This document shows positions 48,758 to 58,373 of a stretch of DNA of 64,000 nucleotides, one piece after another (within the stretch, counting starts at the first letter, position 1; every line of letters begins with the position of its first letter). The notes under the pieces are model-generated. The model searched no databases and was not told the DNA's origin. It worked only from the letters and a program-made list of their open reading frames with translations. The stretch comes from Myxococcota bacterium (GTDB taxonomy: Bacteria > Myxococcota > XYA12-FULL-58-9 > JABJBS01): the NCBI GenBank assembly GCA_036339465.1, contig JAYZAY010000030.1:10731-74730 (forward strand). Reading direction: 5' to 3'. A program made the position numbers and the translations under genes.

Positions 48758-49246
48758 TCAGACGCTCTGGGTGTGAAGACTCAAAAGCAATTCTGCTCGT
48801 TGTACCCAAGGTCCGTACTCTGGAACCTCGCCGGCGATTTGAAGGACCACTCTAAGGTCTTCTAAGCCGGAATCAGCATTTTTCGATAAAATATGAGATT
48901 CGCCGCGATAGACGTAACTTACTACGTCATATTCATCGTTGGCTATGGCCATGTCGTACGCCGCTATGGCTTCATGATAGTCTTTGAGTTGTTGATTTAC
49001 GGCTCCCAACGCACGCCAGTAGTGTGCGGTATAGGGGGCATAAGCTGTTAGCCCCGTGAAAATATCTTTGGCAGCATCATATTTTCCATAGGTGAAAAAA
49101 TTATATCCCAATGCATATATGGTCTCCATTTCCTCATCGCTAATGCCTTCAAGTTCTTGGAGCGTAATGAGACCGTTCATAAATCCATGAATCATGAATT
49201 CCAGGTATTGCGCCGCCGTTGTTTCTATTTCAGTCGCTTGAACCAT
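48758..49246 (-). CDS. SycD/LcrH/CesD-family type III secretion class II chaperone (3 TPR)
   Basis: TLQELEGISDEEMETIYALGYNFFTYGKYDAAKDIF..L......YW.ALGAV.Q..K.Y.EAI.AY matches the family pattern; small and acidic. Confidence 0.85.
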   Translation of the reverse strand: MVQATEIETTAAQYLEFMIHGFMNGLITLQELEGISDEEMETIYALGYNFFTYGKYDAAKDIFTGLTAYAPYTAHYWRALGAVNQQLKDYHEAIAAYDMAIANDEYDVVSYVYRGESHILSKNADSGLEDLRVVLQIAGEVPEYGPWVQRAELLLSLHTQSV

Positions 49247-49354
49247 AGACAAGTTATACCCAACACGGGGCTACGGCGCCAGTCTCTAGAATAGTTTCGA
49301 AGTCCTTTTGAGTCTGCATTTCCGGGGGAAGGGGGAATGCCATACTAAAAATCC

Positions 49355-50083
49355 CTATGGTTCGAAATGTGTTGCGTGGAGCATGGGGAGAGAGGCGGCA
49401 AGAAGCGCAGCGGTTTCGACGCGAAGGGTGGTTTCAGTAAGGCGCAGTGAAGTGAAGCCCTTTTGGCCAAACTGTTCTAATTCATCATCGGTGAATCCGC
49501 CCTCTGGTCCAATAGCAATAAGGATGGAATCGAGTTTTCCTATTTCCTGGAGCTTAAGTGAGATATCATGAGGCTCCGGGTGACAGAAGACCGATGTCAC
49601 GTTTGGATATTTCGTCAGTAATGAATTGAAACTAACGGGTGTGTCAAGAATAGGAACACGGCAATGGCCGGATTGTTCGGTGGCGGAGCGCGCGATCTTT
49701 AGGAGCCGTTCCCGTTTACCTCGGATTTTTTCTAGTGATGTTACCGTCCGATGCGTTTCCATAAAAATAATTTCGTGACAGCCCAACTCGGCCAGTTTTT
49801 GAACGATCCATTCAAGCCTGTCGTTTTTAGGGGGCGGCAAAGCGATTCGAACCAGGCACTGAGGCTCCCGAACCAGTTGGATCGGGCCGACGTGCGCAGT
49901 TGTTTCGTTTTTCTTAACTTCGAACAGCTTTGCAGTTCCGATGCGTCTCTGGTCATCAAAGACTTCGATTTCCTCCCCTGGGGAAAGTCTGAGAACCCGA
50001 GTCAGATAGTGGCTTTGCTCTCGCGGCAAGACAATTTTTCCCGTCTGAATTTCAGGTAGCCATAAGTATCTTTTTTTGGACAT
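49355..50083 (-). CDS. rsmE: 16S rRNA (uracil1498-N3) methyltransferase RsmE
   Basis: HYLTRVLRL, QKLAELG, ATEQS, IGPEGGF, LRVETAA. Confidence 0.96.
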   Translation of the reverse strand: MSKKRYLWLPEIQTGKIVLPREQSHYLTRVLRLSPGEEIEVFDDQRRIGTAKLFEVKKNETTAHVGPIQLVREPQCLVRIALPPPKNDRLEWIVQKLAELGCHEIIFMETHRTVTSLEKIRGKRERLLKIARSATEQSGHCRVPILDTPVSFNSLLTKYPNVTSVFCHPEPHDISLKLQEIGKLDSILIAIGPEGGFTDDELEQFGQKGFTSLRLTETTLRVETAALLAASLPMLHATHFEP

Positions 50084-50164
50084 ATCTAACTCTTTGAACT
50101 CCAGGGTTTCTTAGGCCAATGAAGAGGCAGTTGACAATAGAATAGGAGCATTCTAGTTCGAAGC

Positions 50165-51562
50165 ATGAGTGAAAAATTGGCTGTTGTAATTTTGGCGGGT
50201 GGTGAGGGGAAAAGAATGAAATCCTCTTTACCGAAAGTTTTACACCCCTGCGCGGGGCTTCCCCTCCTGGAGCATGTGATTCGAATAGGTAAGGGGCTGA
50301 AGGCGGAAAGAGTGGAAGTTGTGGTGTCTCCCGGTATTAAGGAGCAATGTGACTTTTTGGCCGATCGGTACCCTGACCTGGCGATTGGTTTCCAGGTTCA
50401 GGACCAACCCCTGGGTACAGGCGACGCTCTGAGGGTTGGACTCGAAGGGCTCAAAGGCTTTCGAGGGAACATTTTGGTACTGATGGGGGATGCCCCTCTT
50501 TTTAGCAAGCAGACTTTGAGTGAATTGACAAAACTTCGACGAAAACACGACCTTGTTTTTCTGTCTACTCGTTTGGGTGACCCTACGGGCTATGGTCGTG
50601 TGGTGCGGAATGAAAATGGATGTATCACTGAGATAATTGAAGAGCGTGATGCGAGCGCGACTATTCGAGATATTCACGAAGTGAATGCGGGAATCTATTA
50701 TGCTTGTTCGGAGTTATTCAGGAAGGGACTCAAAAAACTTAAAACAAACAATGCACAAGGGGAATATTATTTAACAGATATCGTCCCATATGCAGCTTCA
50801 GGGGGACAAGTGGGCGCGTTTTGTGTGCCGAATTCGGATGAATGTTTAGGGGTTAATTCTCAGGAGGACCTGGCGAGGGTGGAAAGACTTTATCGCGCTA
50901 GGTTTATACAGGGGCTTCAAGGTAAGGGGGTCCGATTCCTGGATCCCGAAGGTACTTTTATCGATGCCGATGTGAATATTGCGAAAGATGTTGTTATTGG
51001 TGTGGGGGTTCAACTTCGGGCCGGAACTCGGATTAAGGTAGGTGCGGTCATTGAAGGACCCACGGTTTTGGAGGATACGACCGTTGGTCAAGGGGCCTAT
51101 ATATATCCTTTTACCCACGCTTTGGGGGCGGTTTTAGAGGCAGGTGTTAGCGTGGGGCCATTTGCCCGATTGCGGCCCGGTACCGTTTTGAAGAGAAACT
51201 CGAAAGTGGGTAACTTTGTCGAATTAAAGAATACCACGCTGGGGAGGGAAGCCAAAGCAGGGCACCTTGCTTATCTTGGTGACGCTGAGATTGGCAGCTC
51301 CTGCAACATTGGTGCGGGAACCATCACCTGCAATTACGATGGTACCCATAAGCATAAGACGATTATGGGAAGAGGCGCTTTTGTGGGGTCGAATTCAACG
51401 TTGGTTGCACCGGTAGTGCTAGGAAAGAAATCCTATATTGCCGCGGGATCGGTTATTACCAAGGATGTTGGGGATGAATCGCTGGCATTTGGGCGTACGC
51501 GCCAGGTCGAGCGGCTAAACTATGCTCGAAAATATCAAAAGACGAAGAAAATCAAGGAATGA
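50165..51562 (+). CDS. glmU: Bifunctional UDP-GlcNAc pyrophosphorylase/GlcN-1-P acetyltransferase
   Basis: LAGGEGKRMKSSLPKVLH, LGTG, GEYYLTD, hexapeptide repeats, GNFVELK, NYDG. Confidence 0.97.
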   Translation: MSEKLAVVILAGGEGKRMKSSLPKVLHPCAGLPLLEHVIRIGKGLKAERVEVVVSPGIKEQCDFLADRYPDLAIGFQVQDQPLGTGDALRVGLEGLKGFRGNILVLMGDAPLFSKQTLSELTKLRRKHDLVFLSTRLGDPTGYGRVVRNENGCITEIIEERDASATIRDIHEVNAGIYYACSELFRKGLKKLKTNNAQGEYYLTDIVPYAASGGQVGAFCVPNSDECLGVNSQEDLARVERLYRARFIQGLQGKGVRFLDPEGTFIDADVNIAKDVVIGVGVQLRAGTRIKVGAVIEGPTVLEDTTVGQGAYIYPFTHALGAVLEAGVSVGPFARLRPGTVLKRNSKVGNFVELKNTTLGREAKAGHLAYLGDAEIGSSCNIGAGTITCNYDGTHKHKTIMGRGAFVGSNSTLVAPVVLGKKSYIAAGSVITKDVGDESLAFGRTRQVERLNYARKYQKTKKIKE

Positions 51563-51565
51563 GAT

Positions 51566-53380
51566 ATGTGTGGTATTGTTGGATACGTGGGGTCTGAGTT
51601 TTCTGTGGATTATGTGGTTGAGGGGCTTAAAAAGTTAGAGTATCGGGGTTATGATTCGGCTGGTGTGGCTGTCAATTGTGGTTCGGAAATTACAATCAGG
51701 CGTAAAGCCGGAAAACTTATCGAATTATGCGACCATTTAAGGGTTGAGCCCATTAAAGGGCGCTGCGCCATTGGGCATACCAGATGGGCGACTCACGGCG
51801 CTCCAACCGACGTGAATGCCCACCCTCATATGGCCGATGACGTCGTGTTGGTCCACAACGGAATAATTGAGAATTACCGAGAGCTAAAAATGCAGCTGGA
51901 ATCAGCCGGGCGTGTTTTTACAAGTCAGACCGACACTGAACTCTTGGCCCATCTTGTTGCGATTACTGAAGGAGAGACCTTGGAAGTACGCCTTTCTAAG
52001 GCCCTTACGAAAGTGCGCGGTGCCTATGCTCTGGCGGTTATGTCAATTCGAGATCCCGGAAAAATTGTGGCAGCGAAAAATGCATCGCCTCTGATCTTGG
52101 GGCTTATGGAGAATGCGACCATGCTGGCATCAGATATTCCCGCTCTCCTTTCCCATACTCGGGAAATCATTGTTTTGGAGGAAGGGGAGATGGCAGTGAT
52201 AGAGGCAGGGGAGATCGCTATTTCCTCTTTGGAATCTGGTGAGTCTGTGAAACGAAGTCCCACTCATATTGAGTGGTCTCCTGCGATGGCTGAGAAAGGT
52301 GGGTATAAACACTTTATGCTCAAGGAGATTTTTGAACAGCCTAGGGCGATCTCTGATACTTTGAGGGGGCGTCTTGGCGAGGTGGGGCCGTCTATAGAGT
52401 TGGAAGCGAACCTCCATCTTCCTGAGGATATACGTCGCGTTTTTATTACCGGTTGTGGGACGAGCTGGCATGCGGGGCTCTGGGGCCGTTTGTTAATCGA
52501 AGAGTTTTTCGGCTTGGGGTGTGAGGTGGAGCTGGCGAGTGAGTTACGTGACCGGGCTCCGTTGATAGGTAAAGATACTGTTCTTTTGGCCATTAGTCAG
52601 TCTGGTGAAACCGCGGACACGCTGGCTGCGGTTAAAGAGGCGAAACGAATGGGGGCCACCATTTTTTCAATCGTAAATGTGCTTGGAAGTTCTATCGCGC
52701 GGGAATCTGATGCTGTCATGTATACGAATGCTGGTCCCGAAATCAGCGTCGCTTCTACCAAGGCGTTTATGACGCAAGTCGGCGCACTTACTCTTTTGGC
52801 ACTTGCCTGGTCGAAACAGAGAAGAGGCAATTCAGATGCGATTTCAGAGCTACTCCAAGGGTTGAGACAAATGCCCCGGCTATTGGAAGCTATGTTGGGG
52901 GATTCAGAGAAGCTCAAATCCATTGCCCAGGTATTGGCTCGAAAAAAATCGGTTCTCTATTTGGGTAGAGGCTTCAGTTACCCAATTGCATTGGAAGGAG
53001 CCCTTAAGCTTAAGGAGATTTCTTATATTCATGCAGAGGGCTATGCTGCGGGAGAGCTGAAGCACGGTCCAATTGCATTGGTTGAACCAGGATTACCGGT
53101 GGTTTGTGTATGTCTTGAGGGGCTACTTCACGAAAAGACTCTTTCCAATATTGAAGCAGTCTTAGCCAGAGGGGCAACTGTGGTGGGGGTTGGAGTCGAG
53201 GGCGATGAAGAGCTATCTCGAATATGTAGTTGGATGATTCCTGTACCACGTACGCACCCGATCATCATGTCCGTATTGGCAGGAGTCCCATTACAGCTAT
53301 TAGCTTATTATTGCGCGGACTTTTTGGGCACAGATATCGATCAACCTCGTAATTTGGCGAAGAGTGTTACGGTTGAATAG
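51566..53380 (+). CDS. glmS: Glutamine--fructose-6-phosphate aminotransferase
   Basis: MCGIVG, GHTRWATHG, SQSGETADT, LKLKEISY, PRNLAKSVTVE. Confidence 0.98.
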   Translation: MCGIVGYVGSEFSVDYVVEGLKKLEYRGYDSAGVAVNCGSEITIRRKAGKLIELCDHLRVEPIKGRCAIGHTRWATHGAPTDVNAHPHMADDVVLVHNGIIENYRELKMQLESAGRVFTSQTDTELLAHLVAITEGETLEVRLSKALTKVRGAYALAVMSIRDPGKIVAAKNASPLILGLMENATMLASDIPALLSHTREIIVLEEGEMAVIEAGEIAISSLESGESVKRSPTHIEWSPAMAEKGGYKHFMLKEIFEQPRAISDTLRGRLGEVGPSIELEANLHLPEDIRRVFITGCGTSWHAGLWGRLLIEEFFGLGCEVELASELRDRAPLIGKDTVLLAISQSGETADTLAAVKEAKRMGATIFSIVNVLGSSIARESDAVMYTNAGPEISVASTKAFMTQVGALTLLALAWSKQRRGNSDAISELLQGLRQMPRLLEAMLGDSEKLKSIAQVLARKKSVLYLGRGFSYPIALEGALKLKEISYIHAEGYAAGELKHGPIALVEPGLPVVCVCLEGLLHEKTLSNIEAVLARGATVVGVGVEGDEELSRICSWMIPVPRTHPIIMSVLAGVPLQLLAYYCADFLGTDIDQPRNLAKSVTVE

Positions 53381-53494
53381 CGGACCTTTTCGAAGATAAA
53401 ATACCAGAAAGAACAGCGCGGGATTGCTTGGCCCATTGGTTTTTTATACCTTAAAACAGATGGGTTTAAGTTACTGATCCATCACGGGGAATAT

Positions 53495-54313
53495 ATGCCA
53501 CTGACTCAATCAGAATATGAAACGATCAGAAAGTTAGTGCTGAACCGATCCGGGATTGTACTTGATACGCATAAGCAGGCTTTTACGGAGCAGAAACTCG
53601 GCCCGCTAGCAGAAGAGCATGGTTTGACGACGCTTTCTGACGTGGTCCAGAAGGTTGCTTCGAATCCGACTGGTCCGCTTATGCAGAAGGTCGTCGAGGC
53701 GATTACGACTCCAGAAACGGGTTTTTTTCGCGACAACCGTGCATTCAAAGCATTGAAAGAGGCAGTTTTTCCAAAATTGATTGAGAAGCGTGGTATGGAG
53801 CGAGCTCTAAATATTTGGTCGGGTGCGTGTTCAACAGGCCAAGAACCATACAGTATATTGATGCAGATTCATGAAAATTTTCCAGAGCTAAAAGGATGGA
53901 CGATTCGTTTTATTGCCACAGACATTTCATCGAAGGTCTTAGCCCAAGCTAAAGAAGGGGTTTTTAGTCAATTGGAAATGAACCGCGGGTTACCCGCTCC
54001 GCTTCTACTTAAATATTTTCAAAAGAATGGCTTGCAATGGCAGGTTAAACCAGTGATTCGAAGTCTGGTTGATTTTCGAGTATTAAATTTAATTGAGCAA
54101 TGGCCCCCACTTCCGAAAATGGACATTATCTTTATGAGGAATGTTTTGGTTTATTTTGAAACAGAGACAAAGCGAAAGATCCTCAATAAGGTTGCCGACT
54201 CCCTAAAGCCCGGGGGGCATTTGTTTCTGGGGATGGCTGAAATTCCGATGACCAGTGAGAATCGTTTTGATAAGCTCGAATACGAGCGTTCAGGGTGCTT
54301 TGTCCTAAAATAG
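53495..54313 (+). CDS. cheR: Chemotaxis methyltransferase CheR (copy 1)
   Basis: ETGFFRD, IWSGACSTGQEPYS, ATDIS, RNVLVYF, GGHLFLG. Confidence 0.93.
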   Translation: MPLTQSEYETIRKLVLNRSGIVLDTHKQAFTEQKLGPLAEEHGLTTLSDVVQKVASNPTGPLMQKVVEAITTPETGFFRDNRAFKALKEAVFPKLIEKRGMERALNIWSGACSTGQEPYSILMQIHENFPELKGWTIRFIATDISSKVLAQAKEGVFSQLEMNRGLPAPLLLKYFQKNGLQWQVKPVIRSLVDFRVLNLIEQWPPLPKMDIIFMRNVLVYFETETKRKILNKVADSLKPGGHLFLGMAEIPMTSENRFDKLEYERSGCFVLK

Positions 54314-54649
54314 CTTGGGTTGCCGAGTTGAGCTGTTTCTTCGCCGCGATCGGGGCACTGCCATTTCATTCCCTTCTTGGAACAAAGCTCCAGAACCAAG
54401 TCAGCATCTAGAGCTCGAGCGTCCTGTTTTCTAACCGCCAAAAAGACCTACGACCTTCTGACTTACGAGAAAGATGCCTTTGTGTTGGCCTATTGGGGCA
54501 ACGGAAGTTCAAGTAATTTTCATATATGTTCTCTTTTATGGAATGGCACAAAAGATTTTGGGTTTGTTGGCGAGTTGAAGGAATCGAAGGAGGGGGCCTC
54601 ACAAAGACCATCTATAGTAGCGGAAGAGGTCTCTGAAGTGGCGCCTAAG

Positions 54650-55185
54650 AGGAGATCGAGGAGATTCGAAGCCCTGGGTCAACCTAGGCTCCAAAGACAG
54701 CTGGCGAACCCGTATTCAATTACAAGGAGCTAGGGAAATGAACGGAGTTTAGGAGATTGTCGAGACCACCCTCTATGGCTGCAACCGCCAAAGAGTCCCA
54801 TGGGTAAAACTATCCAGTCCATCCTCAATCACTGAGAGTCGCTAAGTCGGTTCACAGAAGATCAGATAGCCTGAGTTGACAACAACGGTGCAGAAAAAGC
54901 ACTCCGGACCGTTGCGCTCGGTGGTAAGAACGACGTTTTTGTCGAGACGAAGCAGAGCGCTAAGAATCTTGGGGACTCTACTCGGTCATTTCCATCTGCG
55001 AAGCCAGCCGAGTCAATGCCAGCGATGGTCTCGCGGAACTTCTTTTTCGGGTAATGAGTCACCCAGCGTCAAAGCTCGATCCGTTAGTGCTCCAGCACAG
55101 GCAGTCGCCGGCTTAAAGTTATGTCACCTAAAATCCCGTTATTACAGCGGTCGTTGCGAGGCAATGGCCTCGGCGGGACGGCTAC
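54650..55185 (+). mobile_element. IS66-family remnant: degraded tnpC 3' end plus putative right terminal repeat
   Basis: From 54782: PPKSPMGKTIQSILNH*ESLSRFTEDQIA*VDNNGAEKALRTVALGGKN; after a frameshift near 54971: GLYSVISICEASRVN..LAELLFRVMSHPASKLD. End ..CGGGACGGCTAC (55185) resembles IS66 termini. Confidence 0.85.
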
Positions 55186-55336
55186 TTAACCTGAAGCTCG
55201 AACGAATTGTTAGCCTTTGGGCAGAAGGGCCTATGCTTCGCACAGAGGTACATTTAAGGAACGCAGAAAATGCTAAGCCTAATCAAACGAAGGGGTATCA
55301 ACGTTATGTAAAATGAATCGGGACCGTGATGTCTGG

Positions 55337-55813
55337 CTAATAATCGCTGACGATGGCTGTGTCATTAGAGTAGGAGAGTAGTAACGTGAAATTGTCGCCA
55401 CAGAGATCAATGTGCTGCCATCTAGTATCCGTTAAGCTTGTTGCAAATTCCACTTGAGTAAATACTTTAGGGAGGCCAAGATTTTGGCTTAGATTCAACA
55501 ATCCTTTGATTTGACCGGCTAACATATTTGCTAATTCTGCGGTCGTGTCTTGGATCATATCCAGTTCAACATCAGTTAGTTCTGTGGCGAACAATGCAGC
55601 CGCCAATGTAGAGGAACCAGCCAGATCTGAGGAGATTGCTACGGTGATTGGATGAGGCCCTGGCATTGCTAGCACCCCTGTGCAGTAAAGCATTTTTTTG
55701 CGTTGTTCTGGGAGATGTACGACCGGCGACTGTCGGACGTCCATTCCAAGCATTGTTGAGGTGATATTGTTGAATATTTCAACAAAGGTTTGGTCATCTG
55801 GAAGCGCTAGCAT
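55337..55813 (-). CDS. cheX: CheX-like phosphatase (copy 2)
   Basis: D..AELANMLAGQIK (ExxN motif), LGLP; last gene of the che run. Confidence 0.8.
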   Translation of the reverse strand: MLALPDDQTFVEIFNNITSTMLGMDVRQSPVVHLPEQRKKMLYCTGVLAMPGPHPITVAISSDLAGSSTLAAALFATELTDVELDMIQDTTAELANMLAGQIKGLLNLSQNLGLPKVFTQVEFATSLTDTRWQHIDLCGDNFTLLLSYSNDTAIVSDY

Positions 55814-55840
55814 ATGGCGTCAACTCCATCTGAGACTGGC

Positions 55841-56677
55841 TCAAGTTAGTTTAAATTTGGTCTGATAACACTCCGAGTGCTTCAGTGGAATTCGTGCAAA
55901 CCTATCGGCAACATTCATTGGCATTTCAGTAGCCCCTAAGAAGATAAATCCGCCGGGGCGCATTTGCTTCCTAGCTTTTGAAATAATTTTCTCTTTCGTG
56001 GGGCCATCCAAATAAATTAAGGCGTTTCCCAGGAAGATGATATCCATTTGTTCAAAAGGGGGCCAATTTTCAACTAAATTGAGTTGTCTGAATTCTATTT
56101 GTTTGCGGATTTCAGGTTTAACTTGCCACTGCAAGTCGTGTTTTACGAAATATTTACTCAACAGTTGGGCCGGTAGTCCTCGGTTAATTTCTAATTGGCT
56201 GAACTTTCCTTCTTTGGCTTTCTCTAGGAGCTTACCCGAAATATCGGTTGCAACAAATCGAAGTTTCCATTTCAATAATAGTTGAGGGAATTTTTCGTAG
56301 AGAAGCATCAGTATTGTGTATGGGTCTTGTCCGCTGAAAGAGCCCCCACACCACAGGGACAGCTTCTTTTCGCCTGCGCGAGCCCATAGCATCCAGGGAA
56401 TGACGTGATCTTGAAGCGCTCTCAAGGAAGGAATATGTCGGAAAAAACTTGATTCATGAATCGTGATTGCTTCTGTTACTTTTTGATGAAGTTGGCTGCT
56501 GGCTGGAACCTTTCGTAGTTGCAAAACGACCTCAGCAGGGGACTTAAGTCCCAATTCATCCCCTATCGCACCCAGTCGAGATTCAACGAAATACTGCTTA
56601 TTCGTATCCAGGACAATTGATGTTTTTTCTGCTATCAGATCTCGAATATAGTCGAAATCACTATCTTTGAGAGCCAT
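55841..56677 (-). CDS. cheR: Chemotaxis methyltransferase CheR (copy 2, divergent SAM-binding motifs)
   Basis: ESSFFR, ATDIS, NRGLP, GGFIFLG; GGSFSGQD and GNALIY are atypical. Confidence 0.88.
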   Translation of the reverse strand: MALKDSDFDYIRDLIAEKTSIVLDTNKQYFVESRLGAIGDELGLKSPAEVVLQLRKVPASSQLHQKVTEAITIHESSFFRHIPSLRALQDHVIPWMLWARAGEKKLSLWCGGSFSGQDPYTILMLLYEKFPQLLLKWKLRFVATDISGKLLEKAKEGKFSQLEINRGLPAQLLSKYFVKHDLQWQVKPEIRKQIEFRQLNLVENWPPFEQMDIIFLGNALIYLDGPTKEKIISKARKQMRPGGFIFLGATEMPMNVADRFARIPLKHSECYQTKFKLT

Positions 56678-56722
56678 TCGTCACCTACCATCACTTGTGT
56701 GGACACAGGAAGCAACCATTTG

Positions 56723-57799
56723 TTATTTGAGCCGCCTTACGATTTCTTGATACAGGCTTCCTAAGGGCCTGACAGCATCCGCTAACCCTGCTTTCGCAAC
56801 ATAACCCGGCATACCCCACACCACAGACGACTGTTCATCTTGCACAACGACGCTCCCCCCCATATCCACTATCTTACGACATCCCTTGAGTCCATCGCTA
56901 CCCATTCCTGTCAAAATAATCGCCAAAACACCATTACGGTAGACATCGGCGGCGGACCTAAACAAGACATCTACAGCAGGTCGACACGAATTTTCAGGAT
57001 CCCCCTTGTGGGTTTGGAGTCTGGGGCCAGTGGGTGCCTTGGTTACGACCATATGAAAGTCGCCGGGAGCGATCCAAACCTTACCAGATTCAATGTGAGT
57101 ATCATTTCCACATTCGAATACGTCATGCCCGGTGTTTGCGGCTAGCCTCTCGGCGAATATGCTTGTAAAAATGGGGGGCATATGTTGGACGATCAAAATG
57201 GGAAGAGGAAATGGCTTTGGAAGTTGCGCCAGAACTTCTGTGAGTGCATTTGGGCCCCCCGTTGATGTTCCCATGACTAAGAGTTTTGGAGGGAGGGCGT
57301 GCTTTTTCGGGGTCACTCTTACGACTGGCCCAACCGTTGCGCCATCATTTAGTGAGAGCAACGCATTGGAAGTTCTAAGTTCCTTACTGGCTCGTCCGAA
57401 TAGCCTCAGTTTCGGCAAAAGCTCATCTCGGATGATCTCTAGAGCGCTTTTTCCGCCTGCCACTGACGAAGGTTTGGTAACATAATCTGATGCGCCCTTG
57501 GCGAGTGCGTCGAGCGTAGCCCTAGCTCCCCTTAGAGTTATTGTGCTAAACGCAATAACCGCTAATTTCTGGTCTTCGTTACGAAGTCGAACGAGGGTTT
57601 CCAACCCGTCCATTTGTGGCATATCGAGATCTAGTACAACGACGTCTGGTTTAAGGGCCGCCACTTTTTCTAGCGCAAGACGTCCGTTTGAAGCTGTACC
57701 GATAACAGTAAGCTCCGGATCTCGTTCGATGCATTCCGACAACATTGTCCTGGACACGACTGAATCATCGACGATTAAGACACGGACTGGGTCGTGCAT
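56723..57799 (-). CDS. cheB: Chemotaxis response regulator methylesterase CheB
   Basis: REC domain (VDDS, LDLDMP) plus catalytic GTSTGG, QHMP, LTGMGSDG. Confidence 0.96.
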   Translation of the reverse strand: MHDPVRVLIVDDSVVSRTMLSECIERDPELTVIGTASNGRLALEKVAALKPDVVVLDLDMPQMDGLETLVRLRNEDQKLAVIAFSTITLRGARATLDALAKGASDYVTKPSSVAGGKSALEIIRDELLPKLRLFGRASKELRTSNALLSLNDGATVGPVVRVTPKKHALPPKLLVMGTSTGGPNALTEVLAQLPKPFPLPILIVQHMPPIFTSIFAERLAANTGHDVFECGNDTHIESGKVWIAPGDFHMVVTKAPTGPRLQTHKGDPENSCRPAVDVLFRSAADVYRNGVLAIILTGMGSDGLKGCRKIVDMGGSVVVQDEQSSVVWGMPGYVAKAGLADAVRPLGSLYQEIVRRLK

Positions 57800-57806
57800 A
57801 TCCTAT

Positions 57807-58175
57807 TCAGTCGGTAAGGCCGAGAATTTCGAGTTTTTCTGCGATCATTTCCTTCGTGAATGGCTTCATTAAGTACTCGTTCGCACCTGCTTCGAGCGCT
57901 TTTGCCATTTGAGAAATTTCACTCTCGGTTGTAACCATCATCACGTTAAGACCATTATACTTTGGATCAGCTCTGATATTACACAGGAACTCGTAACCAT
58001 TCATTTCTGGCATGTTCCAGTCAACCAGAGCTAAATCCGGCACACCGGTTTCGCCTAGCTTCGTGAGAGCTTGTTTTCCATCGCCAGCCTCAAATACTTC
58101 GAAACCCAGGTCTTTGAGGATTTTACCGATGATGCGTCGAATCGCCTTTGAATCATCAACTACTAAAGCACGCAT
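57807..58175 (-). CDS. cheY: CheY-like single-domain response regulator
   Basis: VVDDS, VDWNMP, VTTE, KPF; 122 aa; within the che cluster. Confidence 0.9.
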   Translation of the reverse strand: MRALVVDDSKAIRRIIGKILKDLGFEVFEAGDGKQALTKLGETGVPDLALVDWNMPEMNGYEFLCNIRADPKYNGLNVMMVTTESEISQMAKALEAGANEYLMKPFTKEMIAEKLEILGLTD

Positions 58176-58228
58176 ACGAACATCCGCCCCAAATGTTTTT
58201 CACATAGTTTGAAATTAATTTACTCTAA

Positions 58229-58257
58229 ACGTTATTGTTTTCCCTAGGTCGGGTCAA
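58229..58257 (-). promoter_or_regulatory. Candidate sigma70 promoter for cheY-cheB-cheR-cheX
   Basis: Minus strand TTGACC-N17-TAACGT in an AT-rich gap about 55 nt upstream of cheY. Confidence 0.4.
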
Positions 58258-58373
58258 TAATTTTCAGCGAATCCTAATCGCAACCATCTGCCTTCTGGCC
58301 GGAAAAATTGAATTAAACATCCACCAAAACTCATTACCACTCCCAGCAACTCTCTTTTTATACCTTTAACTTC

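Noticed and set aside
50131..50159. TTGACA-N17-TAGTTC promoter before glmU
   Set aside because: Perfect -35 but the -10 lacks the conserved final T; not enough support.
51540..51566. glmS ribozyme
   Set aside because: glmS starts 3 nt after glmU; there is no leader.
54377..55316. ORFs 54377-54733, 54862-55062 and 54876-55316 as real genes
   Set aside because: They overlap the IS66 remnant, mostly in other frames, and show no independent protein features.
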